64,000 bases of DNA from an uncultured Chloroflexia bacterium (GTDB lineage Bacteria > Chloroflexota > Anaerolineae > JAAYZQ01). The position numbers were made by a program, and so were the translations under genes. Position 1 is the first letter of the stretch; the number at the start of each line of letters is the position of its first letter. The stretch is taken from the NCBI GenBank assembly GCA_963700285.1, contig CAVOXA010000006.1, positions 142,253 to 206,252 on the forward strand. Direction: 5' to 3'. The notes below the pieces were generated by a model, which was not told the origin of the DNA, made no database searches, and worked only from the letters and a program-made list of their open reading frames with translations. Positions 52,815-62,969 of this stretch are shown here, one piece after another.

Positions 52815-53730
52815 ATGGTTGCCAAAACTTCAGGTGCTACTGATCGCCAGGCAATCCAGGGTCAGGACCCGGAACACAGGCAAGAGTCATGAATCGCCCT
52901 GGCTATGCGCAGCCTGCGCGCAAGCCCGGTTCCGATGGTAGGCCTCGTGGTGCTGGTAATGATCGCGCATGCTGGTCGATCCTGGCGCCGTTGATCAGCA
53001 CCTTACGATCCCGCCAAGCTAAACCCGCCGGATGCGCTGCAAGGCCCTTACGCTGCGCCATCTCTTTGGCACGGACCAATTCGGCCGCGATCAACTCACC
53101 CGCATCATGTACGGCGGGCGGCTCTCGCTCATGGTAGGCTGCTCAGCGTGGCGATCGGCCTGGGCGTCGGGCGTGCTTGCTGGGCTCTGCGGCCGGCTAC
53201 TTTGGCGGCTGGATCGATGAGTTGCATCGGCCGCGTGGTCGACGTCATGATGGCTTTCCCAGGCATCCTGCTGGCCATGGCCATCGTGGCTATGCTCGGG
53301 ATCAGCGCCACGAACCTGATGATCGCCATCGGCATCTCCTCCATACCCGCCTTCACCCGTCTGATCCGCGGCGGCGTGCTGGGCGCCAAGGAAAACGACT
53401 ACGTGCTGGCGCCCGCTCTATCGGCTGTAAGGATCAGTCCATCATCCGCGGTCACATCATCCCCAACATCATGGCCCCGATCCTGGTCTATGCCACCCTC
53501 GGCATCGCCACGGCCATCCTGGCCAGCGCCAGCCTGAACTTTCTGGGCATGGGCGCCAAGCCGCCCACACCCGAGTGGGGTCTGATGCTGTCCGAGTCGC
53601 GGTCCTTCATCCGCACGCCTGGTGGCTGGCCGCTTTCCCCGGCCTGGCCATCATGGCCGTCGTGATCTCGATCAACCTGCTGGGCGACGGGCTGCGGGAT
53701 GCGTTTGATCCGTGGATGAAGGGCAAGTAA
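52815..53730 (+). CDS. Opp/Dpp ABC permease, OppC/DppC-type (frameshifted)
   Basis: [57 protein letters not shown]. Confidence 0.85.
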
Positions 53731-53789
53731 CGCGCGGCGCAGAAGGCAGTACTGGTACAACTCACCGAAGAGAGGAAGGAGGCAGCCAG

Positions 53790-55081
53790 GTGGCCGCACA
53801 GAACCACTACCGCGCTTCTGATCAGCGCCAGCTATTCTGTTTGACGGCAGAGCTCAATGTCCGGAAGGAAGGCGGCGTCGTCGTGGCCGCGGACCGGATC
53901 GACGGCGGCCGGGCCGCGCGACGGCGTTGCGCCAGCAGTTCGGCTCCGATGACTCGCTCGTCGGCAGCATTTTGAGGGCTGCACGCTCCTGCCAGGGCTC
54001 GATCGACGCCCACACCCATCTGGTCCTGCCCGGCGACGGGACCGCATCCTGGAAGTACGTCGAGCATCCCTGACGAGATCTTGCTGCTGACCGCCGCCCG
54101 CAACGCCTGGTTGTGCCTGCAGGCTGGCTTTACCACGGTTGGCGATATGGGCGGCAAAGGCCTCGATCACCTTCCGGCTGCGAGAAGCTATTGCAGCAGG
54201 GAATTGTGAATGGCCCACGCCTCTTACCTCAGCGGCCGTCCTCTGACCATCACCGGCGGCCACGGCTGGCGGCTGGGAGGCGAAACGGATGGCGACGACG
54301 GCGTGCGCGAGGCGATACGCCAGCTCTGCAAGGAAGGCGCCGATCTGATCAAGGTCATGGGCACGGGCGGCGGCACACCCGGCACCGACACGCCGCCGGC
54401 CAGCCTATTCCCTGCCCGAGTTGCGGCGCCATTGCGCAGCGAGGCGCACGCGCGCAACCGCAAGGTCTTTGGCCATTCTGGAGCGATCCAGGCTACTGAT
54501 GGGCGATGGAGGCAGGCTTTGACGGGATCCTGCACGGCCACTTTCAGACGCCCGATGGCCGGAACGACTTTGACGAGCGATTGGCACGCCGCCTCCTGGA
54601 TCATGGCGCTTATGTCAATCCCACCTTGCAGACCAACCGCAATCGGGGCGACGCGCAGGTCATCGGACAACTGCCTGCCGGCGCGCAGGAGGAGGCGCTG
54701 GCAACCTGGCGGGCGCGCTATGCACGGGTCGCGGCCAATTTCGGCCGACTGTACCAGTCTGGGCGTGCCGCTGGTCTGTGGCTCGGACTCGGGCTGGGGA
54801 TACACGGCATTCGGTGACGAATTACCTGGAACTGGAGGCCATGGTAGCCGCGGGCATGAGCACCTCTGAGGCGCTGGTGTCCGCTACCAGCACCGCCGCC
54901 GACGGCCCTGGGCTGGCAGGACAGCGTTGGCAGTCTTGACCCGGACAAGCTGGCCGATCTGTTGGTGGTGGGCGGCAATCCAGTAGATGATATCCATGCG
55001 CTACGAGATGTGCGCGCGGTGTGGCTGGCGGGGCAGCGTGTCAGCGATAGATGCGCGTTCGGTGGCCAGCGTCCGAGCTGA
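53790..55081 (+). CDS. Amidohydrolase (Xaa-Pro dipeptidase-like Amidohydro_1), copy A, heavily frameshifted
   Basis: IDAHTHL, TITGGHG, GADLIKVMGTGG, CGSDSG, PDKLADLLVVGGNP. Confidence 0.75.
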
Positions 55082-55109
55082 GCCCAACAAACCCAAAGGG
55101 AGAAAGAGC

Positions 55110-56362
55110 ATGATCGCTATCAAAGCAGGCACGTTGATCGATGGAACCGGAACCACGCCGCTGTCAGACGCGGTGATCCTGGTCGACGGGGAAAAGATCA
55201 TTCAGGTAGGCCCGGCGGCAGCCGTGGCGATCCCGCCTGATGCCGAGGTCATTGACGCTTCAACCAAGGTTGTGCTGCCCGGCATGATCGATGGCCATGT
55301 CCACGTCCAGGGCCAGGGCGGGGTCATCGACCGGGCAACCAGCCAGCTGTCTCAGGTCACCGAGTTGACCGAGACCACCACCCTGAAGAGCTACGTCTAT
55401 GCCAAAGCAGGACCTGGCGGCGGGCTTTACCACCATCGCCGACATGAGTTCGCGGAGCTGGTGGGCATTGCGCTGCGCGATGCGATCAACGACGGGCTGG
55501 TCGATGGGTCCGCGCATGCGGGCCTGCGGGCAGGGACTGTGCATCACGGGCGGGCACATGGATGGTACCCGCTGGCGCCCGGAGGTACGATCGCTGGCCG
55601 CACCGGTGTGGCCGATTCGCCCTGGGCATTCCGCCAGGCACGCGGCACCAGATCAAGATGGGCGCCGACTGCATCAAGATCAACATCTGCAGCGGCGCCC
55701 ACGCCAACCGACACACGCCTGAGGCAACCGTTCTGGCAGGAGATGACCTTCGAAGAGATGGAGGCCGTGTGCGAGGAAGCGCACAAGGCCTACCTGCGCG
55801 TCTTTTGCCACAGTTCCGGCGGGCAGGGGATCACCGATGGCATTCTGGCCGGCGTGGATTCGCTGGAGCACGCGCACTGGATCACGGACGGAGCAGGCCG
55901 ACCTGATGGCCGAGCACGGCACGTTACTATGTGCCGACCTTCACCGTGGTCATCCGAGGCCTGGAGACTGAGGCAGGCCCAGGGGATCACGGGCGAGCGA
56001 GGCTACCTGGAAAAGGCCATCGACGTCAAGTACAAGAGCCTGGAGACGCGTGCACAAGGCCGGCGCCAAGATAGCGCTGGGAACCGATGCCGGGTTTGTG
56101 GTCTGTCATGGAGAGAACGCCCGCGAGCTGGAGGCATTTGTGGAAGGTGGCATGACGCCGATGGAGGCCATCCTGGCCGCCACCAGCGTGGGCGCCGACC
56201 ACCTCGACATGGCCGACCTGGTGGGCACGATAGAAGCGGGCAAGTATCGCCGATCTGGTGGTCGTCGACGGCGACCCGCTGCAGGACGTCCGCATCCTGC
56301 AGGACCTGAATCGCATCAAGACCGTCATGAAAGGCGGCAAGGTCGTCGCCCAGCGCGGCATC
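55110..56362 (+). CDS. Amidohydrolase (Amidohydro_1), copy B, frameshifted; 3' end approximate
   Basis: LPGMIDGHVH, ITGGHMDG, GADCIKIN, VDSLEHA, GTDAG, DGDPLQD. Confidence 0.8.
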
Positions 56363-56416
56363 AGGCCCGGACAGCGCAGGCCGACGCAGAAGACCACGTG
56401 GCAGAGGCAAGGTACC

Positions 56417-57672
56417 ATGATCGCTATCAAAGCAGGCAAGTTGATCGATGGAACCGGCAATGCGCCGTTGGAGAACGCGGTGGTCCTGGTGGATGGCGAA
56501 AAGATCATCCAGGTGGGCGAGACCGGGCGGCCGTTCCCATTCCGCCCGATGCCAGGTCCTGGACGCCTCGGACAAGACGGTCATGCCAGGCATGATCGAC
56601 GGCCACGTGCACGTCCGAACCAGCGGCGGAAAGGTGAACCCCGCTGCCTCGAGGCTGGCAGGGGTGACGGAGCTGATCGAGACGACCACGCTGAGAAGCT
56701 ACGTCCACGCCAAGCAGGACCTGGCGGCGGGCTTTACGACCATCGCCGACATGAGTTCGCCCGGGCTATGTGGGCATCGCCCTGCGCGATGCCATCAACG
56801 AGGGGCTGGTGACGGGCCCGCGCATGCGGGCCTGCGGCCAGGGCCTGTGCATCACCGGTGGGCACATGGACGGCACTCGCTACCGCCCGGAAGTTTCCAT
56901 CGCCGGCCGCACCGGGGTGGCCGACTCGCCCTGGGCCTTCCGCCAGGCGGCGCGGCACCAGATCAAGATGGGGGCAGACTGCATCAAGATCAATATCTGC
57001 AGCAGCTCGCACAAGGACCGGCACAACCCTGACGAACCCTATTACCAGGAAATGACCTTCGAAGAGATGGAGGCCGTCTGCGATGAAGCGCACAAGGCCT
57101 ACCTGCGCGTCTTTGCCCACGCGGCCGGCGGGCAGGGCATCACCGATGCGATCCTGGCCGGCGTCGACTCGCTGGAACACGCCCACTGGATCACGGAGGA
57201 GCAGGCTGACCTGATGGCCGAGCACGGCACCTACTATGTGCCCACCTTTGTGGTCATGACCAGCGCGCTGGGCATGGGCCAGGAGGCATTGGGTGTTTCG
57301 GATCACTCCTGGAACTATCTGAACCGGGGCATGGAGGCCAAGTGGCGCAGCCTGGAGCGGGTACACAGGGCCGGAGCCAAGATCGCCGTCGGCACCGACG
57401 CCGGATTCCGAGTCGCCCATGGAGAGAATGCCGGGGAGCTGGAAATGCTGGCCAGGGGCGGCCTGACGCCCATGGAGGCGATCCTGTCCGCCACCAGCGT
57501 GGCGGCCGATCATCTCGACATGGGAGACCTGGTGGGTACGGTAGAAGCGGGCAAACTTGCCGATATCCTGATCGTCGACGGCGATCCCCTGGACGACATC
57601 ACCATCCTGCAGGATCTCGACCGGGTCAAAGTCGTGATAAAGGGCGGCCAGATCGCCAAGGAGCGCGGCTAG
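56417..57672 (+). CDS. Amidohydrolase (Amidohydro_1), copy C, close paralogue of copy B (frameshifted in the 5' part)
   Basis: Same start MIAIKAG and same motifs as copy B; intact 56770-57672 ORF. Confidence 0.85.
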
Positions 57673-57753
57673 CCCCTGCGCACAGCGTCCCAAGTCCACA
57701 CACAACCGCACGCCCAGGCCCAGTGAGCACCCATGGCCGCCTGGGCGTGCTCG

Positions 57754-58668
57754 ATCCTCCCGGCGCGCTCTCTAATGATACCAGCACTGTCATTGCGAGC
57801 GCGTTTTGGCGCTGATACCAGCACTGTCACTGCGAACACTGTCATTGCGAGCACTGTCATTGCGAGCACTGTCATTGCGAGTGTTCCATGGCGCGGGGCG
57901 CCACTCTAAATGGAATGACACCTGACCTCGTCATTGCGAGCGGAGGCGCTTTTTGCCGGAGTGAAGCAATCCCCAACTACACAAGTGGAGACTGTCACTG
58001 CGAGGTCGTCTGGCGGTGCCTCGGCCCAAACGGCGGGCCTCGCAGTGACAGAAGATGCGCTGGTGTCATTAGTATCCTCCCAGCGCGTCTCTAATGATAC
58101 CAGCACTGTCACTGCGAACACTGTCATTGCGAGCACTGTCATTGCGAGCACTGTCATTGCGAGTGTTCCATGGCGCGGGGCGGCACTCTAAATGGAATGA
58201 CACCTGACGCTCGTCATTGCGAGCGGAGGCGCTTTTTGCCGGAGTGAAGCAATCCCCAACTACACAAGTGGAGACTGTCACTGCGAGGTCTCGTGGCGGT
58301 GCCTCGGCCCAAACGGCGGGCCTCGCAGTGACAGGATCGGTGTCATTAGTAGCACTGTCATTGCGAGTGTTCCATGGCGCGGGGCGCCACTCTAAATGGA
58401 ATGACACCTGACCTCGTCATTGCGAGCGGAGGCGCTTTTTGCCGGAGTGAAGCAATCCCCAACTACACAAGTGGAGACTGTCACTGCGAGGTCTCGTGGC
58501 GGTGCCTCGGCCCAAACGGCGGGCCTCGCAGTGACAGGATCGGTGTCATTAAGCCGCGCCTTTTGCGGCGAAGCAATCTCCACCGGCGCCCGAGGAGACC
58601 GCTTTCCCTCGGTAGATCCTTCGCGGACTCGGGACATGCTCGGGACAGGCGCTGACGCTCGCGATGAC
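57754..58668. repeat. Nested tandem array: three ~185-300 bp palindromic units with internal 15-bp GCACTGTCATTGCGA repeats
   Basis: Core gtgttccatggcgcgggg...cctcgcagtgacag at 57881, 58163 and 58367, preceded by 4, 4 and 1 copies of the 15-mer; units bounded by CTAATGATAC/GTGTCATTAG. Confidence 0.9.
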
Positions 58669-58705
58669 GACTTTGCAACAGCCCTACTCCCGCCCTGAAC
58701 TGCAC

Positions 58706-58734
58706 TTGTCGTAATTGTCAAAAGATGCTATACT
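58706..58734 (+). promoter_or_regulatory. Probable sigma70 promoter of the GntR gene
   Basis: TTGTCG-17-TATACT with an extended -10 TG. Confidence 0.5.
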
Positions 58735-58818
58735 GTGCTCCATGCTCCCTCCAGGCGCGAGCAGCGCCAGGGAGCAACCCTTACCGCTTCAAAACAGACA
58801 ACGAATAGAAGAGGCACC

Positions 58819-59523
58819 ATGACCAACAACAACACATCCCAACTAGCCGGCATCCAGAGAATCCCCAGAGGCCCGCTGCGAGAGCAGGTTCGGGTCCAGA
58901 TCAAGAATCTCATTCTGGCCAACAAACTGCGTCCCGGCCAGCCCGTCGTCATCGACCACCTGGCCAGCGAGCTGGGAGTCAGCCATACCCCGGTGCGCGA
59001 GGCTCTGGCCATGCTGGGGCACGATGGCTGGGTAACCATGAGGCCCTACGAGAACCCACGAGTGGCCCAGGTGGATGCCAGGTACGTGCGCGAGGCATGG
59101 GACATGCGAGTCCTGCTGGAGGGCTGGGGCATCAAGAGGGCGGCGCTGGCGCTGACAGACGAAGCCCTGGACGAGATGGACCGCAAACTGGATGCGGCCC
59201 GTCAGGAGGCGCAGCAGTCGCGCTTTGACGCCCACCTACAAAGCGATATGGACCTGCACGAGATGATCCTGCGGGCGGCCGGTAACAGCCTCTACGAGCG
59301 CCTGGCCCAGTTGGTCAGCGACCAATCGATCCGCGCCCGCTCCCTGGTGGAAGCCATCGCCTCTGCCCCAGAAGTGCTGCAGATCATTGACGAACACGCT
59401 GCGCTGGTGGGGGCGCTGCGTTCTCGTGACCCCGAACTGGCCCATGAACGCCTGATCGAACATCTGGAGGCGGGCAGGCAGCGCACGCTGGCCGCTTTGC
59501 AGAGGATGCAGAGCGAAGCATGA
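58819..59523 (+). CDS. GntR-family regulator (FCD domain)
   Basis: LRPGQP...LASELGVSHTPVREAL wHTH; R-x2-LE, D-x2-LH and EH FCD motifs. Confidence 0.92.
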   Translation: MTNNNTSQLAGIQRIPRGPLREQVRVQIKNLILANKLRPGQPVVIDHLASELGVSHTPVREALAMLGHDGWVTMRPYENPRVAQVDARYVREAWDMRVLLEGWGIKRAALALTDEALDEMDRKLDAARQEAQQSRFDAHLQSDMDLHEMILRAAGNSLYERLAQLVSDQSIRARSLVEAIASAPEVLQIIDEHAALVGALRSRDPELAHERLIEHLEAGRQRTLAALQRMQSEA

Positions 59524-59553
59524 TCGCTCCGCCGCAATCCTGCGGCCTGTAGA

Positions 59554-60747
59554 TCAGTCGGAGAGAGACAGGTCCTCGACGTCGCCTGCCCGCGGCACGG
59601 GCAAGGCCAAGAGCCCGCCAAGCAGCAGGGGGATGGCCGGCAGGGCCATGACCAGCCCCGGATCGGCAAACTGGAACAGGGCGCCCATGACCGGCGGCGC
59701 AACCACACAGCCCAAAGCGCCAATGGCCACCGTGACGCCCACCACGGTGCTTGCGCGCCGGCGGTGGCGCGCGCCGGTCAGAGCGACCGTCGTGGGCCAG
59801 GCCCCCCCCATCAAAAAGGCCGCCGCCACAAAACAAAGAAGCGCGTAGCGCCAGTCGCCAGCCAGCAAAGAGAGGGCGACCGCCGCCGCACCCAGGGCCA
59901 TGGTGAGAAAGATCAGCCCGCGGTCCGACCAGCGGCCGGGCAGCAGCCCGCAAAGCAGCCGCCCCACCAGCATCGCCGCCCAAAAGAAGGCGATGGACTG
60001 GATGGCTATCGGTTCGGGCGCCGAGCTGAACTGAAAGAGATAGATATTCAAAAAGCCGACCAGGGCCGACTCGGCGAGCACATAGAGGAAAAGGACGAGG
60101 CAGAGCTGAGCCACGGACCACTGCCTCAAGGCGGTTGCGGCCTCCCTGGGGCTGAAGCCCTGGTCCTGTCCCGTGGCCTCGAAGCGGCTGATGGCATACA
60201 GTGCCAGATTCGCAGCAGCCAGCACCACCACCCCCAGAAAAAAGACCCGCCAGTCCACACCCCGCGGCAGCAAGAAACCCATCAGCAGGGGGCCCACGAT
60301 GGCCCCCAGACAGTACGCGGCCTGCGACAGGTTGACGGCATGCCGCTCCTGGTCTGGATAGAGCTGGACCAGCAGTGCCGAAGACATCCCCTCCAGAATG
60401 CCGCCGCCCAGCCCCATGGCCACCACCGCCGGAATGAGCGCCGCCGGCCGGGAGCTGAAACCAATGAGCAGAGCGCCGGCAAGCAGTGCGACGCAACCCG
60501 CCATCAGCACGGTCCTGGTGTCGTACCGGTCCGCCAGATAGCCGGCCAGGATCGAGACGCAGAAAAAGGCGGCAAAGTAGGCCGAAGAGACAGAAGCCAG
60601 CAGCTCGGGCCGGACGTTCATCTCGTTGCCGATCCTGACGATGGCCGCGAAAAACAGGTTGATGGACGCGGCAAAGGAGATCAGAGAGAGAAAGGCGGCC
60701 AGCGTCAGCCTGCCCCGCGGTTGGCTTGGACTCCATTGTAGCGCCAT
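59554..60747 (-). CDS. MFS transporter (FucP/TsgA-like)
   Basis: About 12 TM helices; GYLADRYD, GAIVGP, FLYVLAES. Confidence 0.88.
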   Translation of the reverse strand: MALQWSPSQPRGRLTLAAFLSLISFAASINLFFAAIVRIGNEMNVRPELLASVSSAYFAAFFCVSILAGYLADRYDTRTVLMAGCVALLAGALLIGFSSRPAALIPAVVAMGLGGGILEGMSSALLVQLYPDQERHAVNLSQAAYCLGAIVGPLLMGFLLPRGVDWRVFFLGVVVLAAANLALYAISRFEATGQDQGFSPREAATALRQWSVAQLCLVLFLYVLAESALVGFLNIYLFQFSSAPEPIAIQSIAFFWAAMLVGRLLCGLLPGRWSDRGLIFLTMALGAAAVALSLLAGDWRYALLCFVAAAFLMGGAWPTTVALTGARHRRRASTVVGVTVAIGALGCVVAPPVMGALFQFADPGLVMALPAIPLLLGGLLALPVPRAGDVEDLSLSD

Positions 60748-60913
60748 GCGTACACAACCTCAGACAACGAGTTGGTCCCGGCGCTGAGTATAACACAGCC
60801 GGCCAACCGCCTCAAATCTGAAAGCACGATCGGAAAGATCTTTGCAAATTTCGCCAAGTCTGCGCACGAATAGCCCGGATCTGAAATCGCTTTCGAAAAA
60901 ATCATTTCAAGTC

Positions 60914-60942
60914 TTGACAAATCTGCGCAGGTGTGGTATAAT
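60914..60942 (+). promoter_or_regulatory. Consensus sigma70 promoter of the DeoR gene
   Basis: TTGACA-17-TATAAT with an extended -10 TG. Confidence 0.75.
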
Positions 60943-61069
60943 AGGCGGGCAATTCATCCGCGATCCAGACCTGGTGCACTGGCTTTTGTTCGGTGTTGAC
61001 AGAATATCGATTCCTCCTTCAGAGAACACCGCATCCCGGTGCGAGCCGGGAGCAAGCTGGAGAGACCAC

Positions 61070-61942
61070 ATGCTGGCTGTTAAAAGGCTAGAGCGTATTG
61101 TAGACCTCGTCCACCAGCGGCGAACAGCCTCCATCGTTGAGCTGAGCGAGATGCTGGGCACTTCTGAGGCCACGATCCGTCGCGACCTCGACAAGCTGGA
61201 ACGACAGGGGCTGCTGAGACGGGTGCGCGGCGGCGCGGTGGCCCGCGCCCTACCTTTCCCCGAAATCCCCTTTGACGTGCGCGTCCAGCGGATGGTCGCC
61301 GAAAAACAGGCCATCGCCAGGGCCGCGGCCGCGCTGGTCTCGAACGGCGATACCATCGCTGTCGATTCGGGCTCAACGGCGGCTTGGTTTGCCAGAGCGC
61401 TCAGAAGCCACCGCGCTCTCACCGTCGTCACCAATTCGGAACGCGTAGCCCACGAGCTGTACGGCAGCCCCGACGTGGCGGTCATTGCCACCGGCGGACT
61501 TTACCTCGACATCTCCCGCGATAGCGAGGGCCGGCCTCAGCGGGGTGACGTCGTCATGGGCGGGCCGGTTGCCCTGGGGACCTTGCGGCAGTTTCGCCCG
61601 CACAAGACCTTCCTGGGGACTTCCGGCATCACGATGGCGGATGGCATGTCCAACCGCCATCTGGCTCAAGTAGAAGTCAAAAAGCTGATGGCCGAGATTG
61701 CCAGAGAAGTGATCCTGCTTTCCGATCACACCAAATTCGGCCATACCACGGCCTATCTGGTGGCCCCAGTTGATGTATTGGACAAAGTCGTCACCGATAG
61801 CGGCCTGGACCCGGAGTATCGGGCCGCCCTGGAGGAGCGGGGTGTCGAGGTGTTAGTAGCCGAACCGGAGCCGCAGTTAGAACTCGAGTCCGGCGGTCGC
61901 CCCCGGCTTTCTGAGAACACCTCAGAAGAGTCCTGGCGATAA
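61070..61942 (+). CDS. DeoR/GlpR-family transcriptional regulator
   Basis: SEATIRRDL...RVRGGA, EKQAIA, DSGST, VVTNS, DHTKFG. Confidence 0.93.
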   Translation: MLAVKRLERIVDLVHQRRTASIVELSEMLGTSEATIRRDLDKLERQGLLRRVRGGAVARALPFPEIPFDVRVQRMVAEKQAIARAAAALVSNGDTIAVDSGSTAAWFARALRSHRALTVVTNSERVAHELYGSPDVAVIATGGLYLDISRDSEGRPQRGDVVMGGPVALGTLRQFRPHKTFLGTSGITMADGMSNRHLAQVEVKKLMAEIAREVILLSDHTKFGHTTAYLVAPVDVLDKVVTDSGLDPEYRAALEERGVEVLVAEPEPQLELESGGRPRLSENTSEESWR

Positions 61943-62645
61943 AACCAAGAGCACGCTGCCTCCTGTTTCTCATTTTGCCCCTGGTCCTGGCCGGCTGCGG
62001 GGGCCCGGCGCCGGCAGCGGATACGCAAGCGACCTCAATAGCCGCTGGCGTTGCGGCGACACTCACGGCCCAGGCGCCTCCGCCGTAGCCGGTGCTCGTC
62101 GTCACCCCTTCGCCGCCAACCGGCGCCGCTACCGAACCACCGCCCACCATCGACCTATCGAACCTTCGCCTGGAAGCTGACGGCAGCGGTGATCTGCCCA
62201 GCCTGGAGGAAGCGCTGGTGCAATCTGAGCCCGGCGCCACCATCACCCTGGGTCCGGGCACTTTTCGTCTGGAACGCGCCCTCATCGTCGGGGGCGCCCT
62301 AATTCTCGAGGGAGCGGGCCGCGACCAGACCGAGATCGTATCCGGCGTTCCTGATTGGGTACTGCGCTTTGAGGGCGACGGCCCGTTCGTTGGACGTGGC
62401 ATCAAGTTTCGCCACGAGGGGGGATGCCCCCGCCGACGTGGTAGCCGTCACAAAGGGGGAAGTGAGCTTCCAGGACTGCCGCTTCACCGGCGGCGTTTGG
62501 GGTGAGGAGACGGGTGTAGCAGAACCGGGACGCCGAGCTCGCTTACTTTGGCCACTCGGGGGGCAAGGCGCTCCAGAACAAGGTGCACAACAACGGCCGC
62601 TACGGCATCTATGTAGACGACCGGGCGGCGCCAACACTGGGCCGG
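61939..62645 (+). pseudogene. Degraded lipoprotein with a right-handed beta-helix/pectin-lyase-like domain
   Basis: ATA in place of ATG, lipobox LAGC, in-frame TAG at 62086, ITLGPGTFRL...LEGAGRDQTEI, frameshifts, then NNGRYGIYV. Confidence 0.55.
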
Positions 62646-62801
62646 TCGCCCTTTTCGCTCGCCGCAGGTCGCCTTCTTTGCTCGGCGCAGGTCCGTGACC
62701 TGCGGCACAGGCGTCGCCCCAAGCAAAGAGCGTCTGGTCGCGGACCAGACGAGAGCAGGCGGATCCATTATGGTAATATTCTCATTGCGCCAGATCCTCA
62801 C

Positions 62802-62888
62802 TTGACAAACCATCACCAATCCTGTATAATTAGTGCAAAGGCTTGCAGTAAAGCATTTGCACGATAACGGTTGCTGATAAGCGCTTGC
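62802..62888 (+). promoter_or_regulatory. Consensus promoter followed by LacI-type operator-like palindromes
   Basis: TTGACA(62802)-17-TATAAT(62825), then TGCAAAGGCTTGCA, GTAAAGCATTTGCA, GATAACGGTTGC and TGATAAGCGCTTGC back to back. Confidence 0.7.
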
Positions 62889-62969
62889 TTTCAGGTAACC
62901 TTGATACCAGGGTGAGCTTCTGAAGAGTAGTAGATCCGTGAATGAGCATCCTGGTAGAGGGAAAAGGCA

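Larger units (their letters stand above)
5687..62703. repeat. Two further dispersed REP-like families (ACCTGACAGG/CCTGTCAGGT and CAGGTCCGTGACCTG)
   Basis: First family at ~5687, 13830, 18861, 41283-41312 and 49472-49521; second at ~18963, 22104, 31385, 37409 and 62688; all intergenic; the coordinates span the copies. Confidence 0.6.

Noticed and set aside
437-56770. Programmed frameshifting or mass pseudogenisation
   Set aside because: Breaks are scattered single-base indels concentrated in patches (0.9-4.3, 6.9-10.9, 36.4-40, 46-49, 50.2-56.8 kb) with catalytic motifs intact and clean genes between; this fits sequencing error, but needs reads to confirm.
56258-56812. Fusion of amidohydrolases B and C
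   Set aside because: The read-through lies in an error-rich zone; copy C has its own ATG and the same N-terminus as B, so a lost stop is more likely.
57754-58668. CRISPR array
   Set aside because: The intervening sequences are near-identical rather than unique spacers, the periods are 15 and ~200-280 bp, and no cas genes are present.
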